A stretch of 64,000 nucleotides of DNA from an uncultured Acidobacteriaceae bacterium. GTDB taxonomy: Bacteria > Acidobacteriota > Terriglobia > Terriglobales > Acidobacteriaceae. A model generated the notes under the pieces. It was not told the DNA's origin. It did not search any database and saw nothing but the letters and a program-made list of their open reading frames with translations. Location of the stretch: NCBI GenBank assembly GCA_963802955.1, contig CAWDKT010000002.1, positions 67,443-131,442 on the forward strand. Direction: 5' to 3'. Positions 36,147 to 45,158 of this stretch are shown piece after piece (the first letter of the stretch is position 1; the number at the start of each line of letters is the position of its first letter). A program made the translations under genes and the position numbers.

Positions 36147-36299
36147 ATGCAGACCCTATCGCATTGGCTTGTGGAGAATGGAATTGTTCTTGCTGTGTTA
36201 GTTACGGTGGGCGTGGCCGTGCTCCTCGTCTGCTGCGTAGAGTGCACACGCTGCCCCAAACGCGAAAAAGACGATCTCTTCCATCGCCGCGAAGTCTGA
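36147..36299 (+). CDS. possible 50-aa single-TM, Cys-rich micro-protein (below the ORF-track cutoff)
   Basis: My translation is MQTLSHWLVENGIVLAVLVTVGVAVLLVCCVECTRCPKREKDDLFHRREV*. It has a TM helix followed by CCxxCxxC. The SD is weak (GGTGA). Confidence 0.2.
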   Translation: MQTLSHWLVENGIVLAVLVTVGVAVLLVCCVECTRCPKREKDDLFHRREV

Positions 36300-36305
36300 A
36301 CCCGT

Positions 36306-38612
36306 TTATTGTCCAGATACAGCCGGGGTCGCCGGCTTCAAGTACTCCTCGAATTGCGCCAAAATCCGGTTGTAAAGTTCCGTTTGGACATCCGGTCCAG
36401 CAATGGAGTGCGTCTTCCGCGGAAAAATCTGCAAGTCGTATGGGATGCCGGCCTCGATTAGCTTTTGCACAAACTGTACCGTGTTTTCGATATGCACGTT
36501 GTCGTCTCCGGTTCCGTGCGCAAGCAATAGCCTTCCCTTCAGATGGGCAGCAACGTTCACAGGAGAGAAGTTGCGATACCCGTCCGCATCTTCCGCGGGC
36601 AAGCCCAAATAGCGCTCGGTATAAATGGAGTCGTAGTCGCGCCAATCGGTTACGGGCGCCACGGCCATACCCACTTTGAACCGGTCGGTGTGCGTCATGG
36701 CATAGAGCGTGAATGTGCCGCCCCAGCTCCAGCCCCACCAGCCCATGCGCTTCGCGTCCAGTTGCGGATACTTCGCGAGCGCGGCGTCAATCACCGTCAA
36801 CTGATCCTCAAGCTGCACCGGGCCAAAGTTGTGATACGCCGCCTGGGCGAATGCGCGCCCACGGCTTCCCGTGCCGCGATTGTCCGCATGGAGCACGGCA
36901 AATCCCTGTTGGGCAAGCAGCTCGTCGAAGAACAGGTGATTGTCCCACATGTTCACCACGGTCTGGTCGTCCGGTCCGCCGTAAGGGTTCACAATCAGCG
37001 GCACCGAGGCTGGAGCAGTCTTGACTGCGGGCAGCAGAAGCGTCGCATAAAGCGTGGTTCCATCGTGCGCCTTTACTTCCAGATTCTCCGGCGCCTGCAG
37101 ATGATAGGAATCCAGCGCATGGGTCTCCCAAAACATGCGGCAGCTTGCTGCAGCGCCGGCTCCACTCGGCTCCTGGCAAAGCCGCATCACAGGCGCTTGC
37201 ATACGCGTTGAGAATTTGTCGGTAAATACGCTGCCGTCCGGTGAGAAATTGGCTTGGTGAAAACCCGCGCTTGCGCTTAGCTGCCTGCGCTCGCCGTTGA
37301 AGCCTGCCTGCCAAATCTGCTGCTCAAGGGGATTGCCTTCGTTCGACGCGTAGTCCACACACCTATGTACAGCATCCACGAGATACACATCGCCAACTTC
37401 AAAATCGCCTTTGGTCAGTTCTCTCTCCAGTTTGGCGTCGGCACTGAGAGGCTTTCCCTTGTCGTAGCTGTAAAGGTAAAGCTGGTTATGGCCATCGCTC
37501 CAATTCGTCAGAACGATGGAGCCGTCGTTCACCGTGACATCGTAGTTTTCGTCCACATACTTCGCGTCGTCGATCTCCAACATTTCGCGCGCATCACCAT
37601 ATTCGGCGTCGGCAAAATACAAAACGCGGTGCTTCTGATCGCGGCTCACGACCTCGATCCACAAGGTCTTATGGTCAACCCAGCCAAAACGCGGAATGTA
37701 GTCGTCACCCTCGTGGATCGGCAGCTTCACCCACGTTGTCTTGCCTCCCCTCGCGCTCACCACCCCGACGTGGACCTCAGGATTGGCGTCCCCCGGTTGC
37801 GGGTAGCGCTGCCATTCCACCATCGCGTGGTTGGGGATCCAGTCGGTGATCGGGTAGCGCGGCACCTGGGTTTCGTCCATCTGCAGGTAAGCCAGGTTTC
37901 TCGAATCCGGGGACCAGAAGTAATTGCTGCGCACATCGAGCTCTTCTTCATAAACCCAGTCGACTCTGCCATTCAGAAAGACCTCGCCGTTTGACAAGCC
38001 TGGATTCGGCGACGGAGCGACAAAGCTCATCGGCGTGCCCGGGTCTCTTAGCCGGATCACTGCCAGCCCGTTGTCGCGGATAAACGAGACACAGCACCCA
38101 TCCGGAGAAAACTTGGGGTCGTCGCCGGAAGCGAGCCCCGTAAATCCGATCTGCAGTCCCGTGCCGTTGTGCAAGTCGTAAAGCCACAATCGCCCATCCG
38201 AATCGAACAGAAGGTGTACCGAGTCAGGGGCCCAAAAGTAGTCCCCATGTTGTAGCGCACTCGATTTGCGCGGTCCCGCTCAGAGACGTTGTTCTCGTCC
38301 AATGGGGCCATCTTGGCGGCACTCACCAGCACGTGCGCTCTGCCCGTGGTTGAATCCACCTCCATCAACTCCCCACCCTCCAGGTATGTCAGGTGCATTC
38401 CGTCCGGCGACCAGGTGAGCTGGTCGGGCAAGTTCCCGATGAGCGGCCCCTGGCCAAAAATTGCCTCGACCGTCAAGGGTTTCTCCGGCGGCTTGCGCAG
38501 AAAGTGGGCCCGCAGCAAGAGCAAGCGCGGCGAGGGCTGGCAAGAGAAGAGACTGACAGTTCGCGTCGAAAAGGAGATTCCTCCTGGCGGAGATTTTTTG
38601 AGGGGAGCCCAA
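36306..38612 (-). pseudogene. S9 family dipeptidyl-peptidase IV / prolyl oligopeptidase, frame-disrupted (1 certain and 1 probable frameshift)
   Basis: The 627-aa ORF carries the beta-propeller and an alpha/beta hydrolase domain (GWSWGG nucleophile elbow, ..HGTGDDNVH). The N-terminal ~150 aa lie in two other frames (signal peptide frame 38612-~38490; PLTVEAIFG..RANRVRYNMG frame to 38247). The junction YNMG|DYFWAPDS needs one extra G in the C4 run at 38243-38246. Confidence 0.8.
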
Positions 38613-38854
38613 GTTGGTCCATTCTGGCCGCGGAGGACGAGAGGCGGGGCTTCAAAAGAAAGTGTAAATCACGCGTGGATCCGTGGCACTCGCTGCTAAG
38701 CTCATGGCGGGGTTATCGTGGCGCGGTTCTACAATTGGTTTACTCAGAGTCTGTTATTCAAACCCAAGCGTAGGCCACACGAAAGTTTAGGACAGGCTCG
38801 GAAATCGCCGACCGGAAATCTCGGGGTGGATGCGAGCGGCACGGGGAAGCGCGA

Positions 38855-40181
38855 ATGCAATGGGCAACTCCTGAAGAACGCCGCGCGCTGGGTCAGACGT
38901 ACGGCGCAAGCAGGTGGGCCGCCATCAGCACGATGCAGCTGATGCACGCCAAAGCGCGGCACATCTCCGCTCTTGAACTGTTGGCGCGTCGATGCGAGGC
39001 CGCGTCCCGGCTGATCAAGGATCTGAAATACGAGCTGATGGCCGAGTCGCCTTTCGCGATACTTTCGCGGCGCGGCGCCGGTGATGGCCGAGGACCTCGC
39101 TCAGCTTCCCAATACCGGCATCGTGAGTCAGCTCTGCGGCGATGCGCATGTGCGCAACCTGGGCGCGTTACGCCGCGCCCGACGGACGGCTCGTCTTCGA
39201 CATCAACGACTTCGACGAGACCATTCGCGGTCCGTTCGAATGGGATCTGAAGCGTATGGCGCCTCGTTGGTGCTGGCCGGGCGCGCAGCAGGGACACAAG
39301 GATGGCTCCGCGCGCAGCGGCCGTGGAAGCATGTATCGAGCGTTACGCAGCGCAAATGCTCGCCTTCAGCCGTATGCCGTGCCTGGACGTGAACCACTTT
39401 CAGGTGCATCGCCTTGGATCTAGCCAAGCCTGTGCACGAAGCGCTTGCCAAAGCCGAGCGCGCAACGCCGCAGCACACTCTTCAACAACTCACCGTGCCC
39501 ACATCGCCCACGCCCGGAGCGCGGCGCCGCTTCAAGGAATCGAAGCCCATGCTCACCCGGATTACCGGCGTGCGCGCCGCCACGGTGCTCGCCTCGCTTG
39601 GGCCGTACAGGGAGATGCTTGAGCCGCAGCGTCGGCATCTGCTTCACTTCTACCGGCCCGTCGATGTGGCCTTCAAAGTGGTCGGCACCGGTTCGGTCGG
39701 CCTGCGCGACTATTGCATTTACATGGAAGGCAACGGATCCGGCGATCCGCTCTTTTTGCAGATCAAGGAAGAGACGGCGTCAGCCTACGCACCCTATCTG
39801 CCCGATGCCCACCCCGCAGCCCATAACGGCCAACGCGTCGTCGAGGGCGCAAGGTTCATGCAAATCCAGACCGACCCGTTTCTCGGCTGGACACACATCG
39901 GCAGCCGCCACTATCTGGTTCGCCAACTCAAGGATCACAAGGGGTCGATCGAAATCCAGGACCTGGCTGGCACAAACTTGAGAGCCTATGCCGAAGTCTG
40001 CGGCGAGCTGCTTGCACGCGGCCATGCCCGCTCCGGCAACCCGCAGGTGATCAGCGGCTACATCGGCTCCGGCTCCGCCTTCGCTGAATCGCTCGCCGAA
40101 TTCGGCGTCAACTACGCCGACCAGACCGAAAAAGATTGGGAACAGTTGAAGCGATCAGGCAAAGCGGGAAAGAAGTCATAG
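38855..40181 (+). pseudogene. DUF2252 family protein gene with multiple frameshifts in its 5' third
   Basis: Conserved DUF2252 blocks appear in successive frames: ..LMAESPFA | YFRGAAPVMAEDLA..QLCGDAHVRNLGA | YAAPDGRLVFDINDFDETIRGPFEWDLKRMA | ASLVLAGRAAG | HKDGSARS | AVEACIERYAAQMLAFSRMPCLDVNHFQVHRL | DLAKPVHEALAKAE... From 39414 on, a 255-aa intact C-terminal part follows (..VGTGSVG..LQIKE..VRQLKD..). Confidence 0.75.
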
Positions 40182-40211
40182 CTCCCGTGCTCTCGCCTCA
40201 CAGCATTCTCG

Positions 40212-42057
40212 CTAGCTTGCCACCCTCACCCGATACACATCGTACCCGCGCAAGTGTGTCGCCAGCGTGAACTCGCCCATCAGCGCCTTCATCAGCTGAG
40301 CGCGATCGGGTGTAGGATCTCCGATCGTCTGCAAATCGGTTTTCACAATCAGCCACCTGATGTTGTGCGAGCGCACCATTGAAGCGATTTCGCGGGGCGC
40401 ATAGGGATCGATGGTCGAATCGAAGAAAAGCACCGGAAAGCGCTGCAGGCGGCCGGTCGCAAAGTAGAACGGTTCCTCACCCGGAATCAGAACGATCCCA
40501 TCGTCGAAGGGAATGTTGGCCTTGGCGTAGCGCAGCAATTCGTCGATCTCAGAAACATAAGGCCCCGGCGTTGCCAGGCCAGCAAGCTGCGGGAACGTGG
40601 AATGCGAGGGCGACCCGTCCGGTAAATTTGCGTACGATAGCCTCACCTCGTCGACCGTGTAAAACCCTCCGCAGACGAAGAGCGTGATGGAGATGACCGC
40701 AGCCAGCGCAGGGGTAAACCACCGGGACGAAGCGTGCGGTGCAAATCCGCTAAGAAACGCGAGCAGGTCGGCGATGAGTAACACCAGCAGCGGCCAGATG
40801 GCGTAGCTCGAGCCCCAAAGTTGCTGCGACATGAATGTGCCGTTGACGGCTGCCACAAGAATGAGCGGCAGGAACGCGCGCAGCGAAGGTTCGCGCCGCA
40901 AGCTCAGGAGATTTACGATCGCCAGCGCGGCGGCGAGCAACAGGACGAGCGGCCAAAGCGCCAGCAGGCGGTCGCCGCGATCGTCGGGGTTGACATACAT
41001 CAGCAACGAAGCCAGCGTAAGAGGAATGGGCGGCAAGCAGCGCGAAGAGGAATGGCGCGGCAAGCAGCGCGAAAGATGCGATTTGCGCCCAGCGAGATTT
41101 TTGGGGTGTAAAACGCAGCAGAAGCAGAGCGAGTGCGACGCATGGCAGCGTCCACAGCAGGGTTGGATCGCGATAGATTCCGGCCATGAGGTTAAATTCG
41201 GGCAGCCGCCGCTGTGCTGCATACTTAACCGTCCATTGGACGTAGTCGCCGATCCCTGCAGTCCAATGCAGAGCCAGCGCCGCCGCGAGCAGAGCGGCGA
41301 ACGCGCCGGCCAACACCGCAGGCAGCGTTCCCGTCTCGGGCGAATCTGCAATGCTTTCCGTACGTCGGGTCCACTTGGCCGCCAGCACCAATAAAACAGC
41401 GCCAATAACCGCCGCGAGAAACGGCAGGCCCATGTTCTGCTTGAAGAACAACGGGAGGCAGGCAATGGCGCCGGCGACGAATCCGCGGAACCAGCGCCAG
41501 GAAGAACGCGGGTGCCCCATCATGGCCGCGTTGCTGTCCTTGCGGCTCGCGTGCGATTCATCTTCAAGCCGCTGCAACAGCCACACGGCCACCAGGATCC
41601 AGAACGCGCAGTCGCAATCGTACTCGGGATTGGGCACGACACAGTAGACGCCCAGGAAGACCAGCGGCGCGGCAAGCATTAAGGCCAGCAACCATGCCGC
41701 CCGAACACGGCCGCGCAGTGTCTCGAACGCGATCCGCCAAGTAACTACAGTGCCGAGCCCGCCAACCAGCGCAGCATAGAGCGCGTGGTGAAAGAAGACG
41801 CGTCCCGTGAGGCGGATGATTGCAGCCTGCGTGAGAAAGGTGAGCGGAGCGTGAGGCAAGGGAAAGTCGCGGTACGGCGTCTGCCCGAAGGCGATCCGCG
41901 TCGCGGTATTGAGCACGTAGCTCCAATCGAACAGCATCGCGACGTGCGCATTCTGCCAGAGCACAAACCTCGCCGTGGCTCCGAAGAGCACAGCTCCGGC
42001 AATCCAATTGCGCAGCGATCGTCGCGAATCGAAGGGCTCGGCCCCCGTTGTTACCAT
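40212..42057 (-). pseudogene. polytopic GT-C-like (ArnT/PMT-type) membrane glycosyltransferase candidate, frame broken at a tandem duplication
   Basis: The N-terminal ~335 aa (MVTTGAEPF..TPYRDFPLPHAPL..ASFALLAAPFL) are in one frame and the C-terminal ~275 aa (IPLTLASLLMYVNPDD.. to ..DVYRVRVAS) in another. The switch occurs at 41021-41073. Confidence 0.6.
41021..41073. repeat. imperfect 26/27-bp tandem direct duplication inside the GT-C-like gene
   Basis: GAGGAATGGGCGGCAAGCAGCGCGAA (41021-41046) is immediately followed by GAGGAATGGCGCGGCAAGCAGCGCGAA (41047-41073). The copies differ by one inserted C. Confidence 0.9.
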
Positions 42058-42248
42058 CCGCGACGATAGTAGCAGGCGTAATAGGGCATCGAGCAGATCG
42101 CCATCAGCAGCGCCACGAACCAGCCCACCACGGTCCAGCCAAGAAACACGTTCAGCAGCAGGATTCCTGTAGCGTTGTGTGTGTGCCGCGCCGCCGCAAT
42201 AATGGCCGGGAGGAAATAGAGTCCGATGCCGAAGATCAGGAAGTGCAT
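42051..42248 (-). CDS. superinfection-immunity-like small membrane protein (Imm_superinfect family)
   Basis: 65 aa. MHFLIFGIGLYFLPAIIAAARHTHNATGILLLNVFLGWTVVGWFVALLMAI matches the YFLPxxIA..R....I...N...GWT..GW family pattern. The stop overlaps the downstream ATG (ATGGTAA). Confidence 0.72.
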   Translation of the reverse strand: MHFLIFGIGLYFLPAIIAAARHTHNATGILLLNVFLGWTVVGWFVALLMAICSMPYYACYYRRGW

Positions 42249-42495
42249 ACAAGCTCCCGCATTCGTTCGCAGTATATTACGCAGAGAGTCGCACGGGAGT
42301 TCCGCTATCCTGCGAGGCTCTTCGTTGATTGCAAACCCTTCGCACGGGCCCGGCGCACAAAGGCCTGCGCGATTCGCCGAGGACCAATCGCGCAGGGCGG
42401 GCGAACGGGAAGATGAAAGCGTATCCATTCGCGCCTATCGTTCGACGGTTTCGTTTCCGCTTCCTCCACTCCGCGCCCTTCTACAATGATTCGGT

Positions 42496-43584
42496 ATGCC
42501 CACGCGAGTTCGATCGAACGCTAAGATCAACCTGGGTCTTTTCCTGGGCGCGCCCCGCGCCGACGGATTCCATGGGCTGGCAACTGTCTACCAAACCCTC
42601 GAAATTCATGACATCGTGACCGTTACGGCCCGCTTCGCATCGCAGACCACAATACGGATCGCTTGCAACGATGCCCGCGTACCCACCGACCAACGAAACA
42701 CGGCCTGGAAGATGATCTCCCTGGCTTTGGAGCAACTTGGCATTTGCGCGGAAGTCGAGATCGTTATCGACAAGCGGCTGCCTGTGCAGGGCGGCCTGGG
42801 CGCCGGCTCGGGAAATGCCGTTGCTGCCTTGGTTGGGTTGGAGAAGGAACTGGAAAGGCGGGAAGCGGGGACGAAGAACCAAGGACCAGCGGTCCAGGAT
42901 CAGGTCTGGAGAAAGAAACGGCTCGAAATCGCAGAAAAAATCGGCTCCGATGTGCCGCTGTTCCTAATCGGGGGCACCATCCTTGGCGTCGATCGCGGCC
43001 AGAGAGTCCACCCGCTGCCCGACATTGAGCCCGTCTGGTGCTTGATCGCGGTTCCGGAAACCGGAGTATCCACACCGCAGGCCTTCCGCGATTGGGACGC
43101 CCTTTGTGCGGCGGAGGGTTTGACCGCCGAAGCTTCTGCCGATAGACTGGAGAAGTCGAGCCGTGCCCTCGCCAAAGCCTTTCGGGGAGAGATTCCCGAA
43201 GGCGGGCTTCAAGCAGGCTCCTCCGGTGTCTTCTCCGCAGGAGAAGACCTGGCCGGACCGCAAGAGACGAAACAGGGGTCTGGGCTTGTCCGCACCGGGA
43301 TCATGAGCTGGATCGAGAACGACTTCGAGCGCGTTATCTTTCCCCAGCATCCCTCCCTTGCTGAGATCAAGCGTCTTCTTGCGGCTTCGGATACGCCGGA
43401 GGTAGCCCTTTATGCCTCGCTGTCGGGGTCGGGTTCGGCACTCTTCGGGTTGTACCTGACCCGTGGAGATGCTGAAGCGGCAAAGGACCGCGTCGAAAGC
43501 CGGGTCCGAGGGGTGAAAGCACACGTAACGCGTACCCTGCCCCGCCAGGCATATTGGGATCGAATGTTGAAAAAAGCTGATTGA
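42496..43584 (+). CDS. ispE: 4-(cytidine 5'-diphospho)-2-C-methyl-D-erythritol kinase
   Basis: RSNAKINLGLFLGAPRADGFHGLATVYQTLEIHD, a GHMP motif PVQGGLGAGSGNAVAAL, and GSGSALFGL. Contains an extra charged insert after the GHMP motif. Confidence 0.88.
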   Translation: MPTRVRSNAKINLGLFLGAPRADGFHGLATVYQTLEIHDIVTVTARFASQTTIRIACNDARVPTDQRNTAWKMISLALEQLGICAEVEIVIDKRLPVQGGLGAGSGNAVAALVGLEKELERREAGTKNQGPAVQDQVWRKKRLEIAEKIGSDVPLFLIGGTILGVDRGQRVHPLPDIEPVWCLIAVPETGVSTPQAFRDWDALCAAEGLTAEASADRLEKSSRALAKAFRGEIPEGGLQAGSSGVFSAGEDLAGPQETKQGSGLVRTGIMSWIENDFERVIFPQHPSLAEIKRLLAASDTPEVALYASLSGSGSALFGLYLTRGDAEAAKDRVESRVRGVKAHVTRTLPRQAYWDRMLKKAD

Positions 43585-43632
43585 CAGCCAACATTGGGGC
43601 AAGCGAGACTCACCCACGGCTGTCAATCTTGC

Positions 43633-43706
43633 TGGGCGATCGTTCAATGGTAGGACAATGCCCTTTGGAGGCATTTATCCAGGTTCGAATCCTGGTCGCC
43701 CAGCCA
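43633..43706 (+). tRNA. tRNA-Gln (anticodon UUG), CCA encoded
   Basis: Manual cloverleaf: acceptor TGGGCGA/TCGCCCA, D arm GTTC..GGAC, anticodon stem ATGCC/GGCAT with loop CTTTGGA, T arm CCAGG-TTCGAAT-CCTGG, discriminator G + CCA. 74 nt. Confidence 0.93.
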
Positions 43707-43867
43707 GGAAATACAGCTTTTAGCGAACAGCTTCTAGCTCAAAGCCTTCTGGGAAAGACCGACTCAATCGGCCTTCGCAGCAAAGAGCTGGAAGTCAGCG
43801 GCTAGAAGCTGGAAGCTCGCTTTTAAGGAACGCAGCCATAGCAAACCAGCATGGAGGTGCTCTAGCA

Positions 43868-44953
43868 ATGGATACGGGAACCGCAACGTTGGAAGACAAA
43901 AAGCTGGGCGAACCAAGCCCGGAAAAACCTGAGGGAAGCAAGGAAGCGCCCAAAAGCAAGGACGCCCGGCAAGCTTCAGCGACGGAGCGCAAGAAGCCGA
44001 CCAGGCTCAGCGAGGATAAGCGCTTCAAGCTCTTTAGCGGCACGGCGAACCCCAAACTGGCGCAGGCCATCGGCGAGCATATTGGCGTGAAAGTCGGCGA
44101 AGCCAAGCTACAGCGTTTTGCCGACGGCGAGGTATTCTTTCAGCTTCTTGAAAATGTCCGCGGCGTAGATGTTTTTGTGGTGCAGCCCACCTGCTATCCG
44201 GTGGACCAGCACCTGGTGGAGCTCTTGATTATGATCGATGCGCTCAAAAGGGCCTCGGCGGCAAGGATCACGGTGGTGGTTCCCTACTATGGCTACGCCC
44301 GCCAGGATCGCAAAGACAAGCCGCGCGTGGCTATCAGCGCCAAGCTTATCGCTGACCTGCTGACGACCGCAGGCGCCAATCGCGCGTTGTTTGTCGATCT
44401 GCATGCCGCTCAGATTCAGGGCTTCTTCAACATTCCTGTCGATCACCTCTTCGCCAGCCCGGTGCTGGTGAGCTACTTCCGCGAACTGCACCTGCCCAAT
44501 CTCATGATCGTTTCGCCGGATCCGGGCGGAGTGGAGCGCGCGCGCTTCTTTGCGCAAAAGATGGGCGCGCCGCTGGCCATTGTGGACAAGCGTCGCACCG
44601 ACATGAATGTTGCGGAAGTGATGCACGTGGTGGGCGACGTAAAGGGGCATACCTGCCTCATTATCGACGACATCATCGACACAGCCGGCACCCTGGTGAA
44701 GACTGCCGATGCGCTTTTGAACGCTGGATCGACCGCGGTTTACGCGTGCGCCAGCCACGCTTTGCTTTCCGGTCCGGCCATCGACCGCATCGCCAATTCG
44801 CGTCTCGAACAGGTCATCGTCACTGACACGGTTCCGCTGCGTGAAGCGGCACAAAAAGTACCCAAGATCAAAGTGCTCTCCATAGCCGGCCTGCTGGGCG
44901 CGGCGATTGAGAGCATTCACATGGAAACGAGTGTAAGTACATTGTTTTCGTAA
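43868..44953 (+). CDS. prs: ribose-phosphate pyrophosphokinase, with a ~45-aa Lys/Glu-rich N-terminal extension
   Basis: GGAGG lies 11 nt upstream of the ATG. FKLFSGTANPKLAQAIGEHIGV.., VVPYYGYARQDRK, DLHAAQIQGFF, and a PRPP loop CLIIDDIIDTAGT. Confidence 0.93.
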   Translation: MDTGTATLEDKKLGEPSPEKPEGSKEAPKSKDARQASATERKKPTRLSEDKRFKLFSGTANPKLAQAIGEHIGVKVGEAKLQRFADGEVFFQLLENVRGVDVFVVQPTCYPVDQHLVELLIMIDALKRASAARITVVVPYYGYARQDRKDKPRVAISAKLIADLLTTAGANRALFVDLHAAQIQGFFNIPVDHLFASPVLVSYFRELHLPNLMIVSPDPGGVERARFFAQKMGAPLAIVDKRRTDMNVAEVMHVVGDVKGHTCLIIDDIIDTAGTLVKTADALLNAGSTAVYACASHALLSGPAIDRIANSRLEQVIVTDTVPLREAAQKVPKIKVLSIAGLLGAAIESIHMETSVSTLFS

Positions 44954-45158
44954 ACCGTGGACGGTGAACCGTGAACGGTTCGGCCGTCCGATCGACAATC
45001 AGGCTGGAATTGAACGGCATCCGACCAAGGTCCACCGTTCACGGCCTTTCACAAAGGGAGCGGGGCAATCCAGTTCGAAGCGGAACCAGCCGGCCAGGAG
45101 CTAGAAGCTGAAGGCTGCTTATCCCGTGCCCGATCTTTGAAGAAACGAGAAAAAGGAA

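Noticed and set aside
36113-36679. A 188-aa plus-strand ORF and a 178-aa minus-strand ORF (36202-36738) at the 3' end of the peptidase gene.
   Set aside because: Both overlap the well-supported S9 peptidase catalytic domain in other frames and have Arg/Cys/Pro-rich nonsense composition.
41021-41073. A direct repeat considered as a possible CRISPR or minisatellite.
   Set aside because: There are only two abutting copies with no spacer, no cas genes are nearby, and the repeat lies inside a coding sequence. It is a simple tandem duplication.
42051-42248. The superinfection-immunity-like gene as evidence of a prophage or genomic island next to tRNA-Gln.
   Set aside because: There are no integrase, phage structural or replication genes, and I saw no att-like repeat of the tRNA 3' end. 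The flanking genes (ispE, prs) form a conserved housekeeping block.
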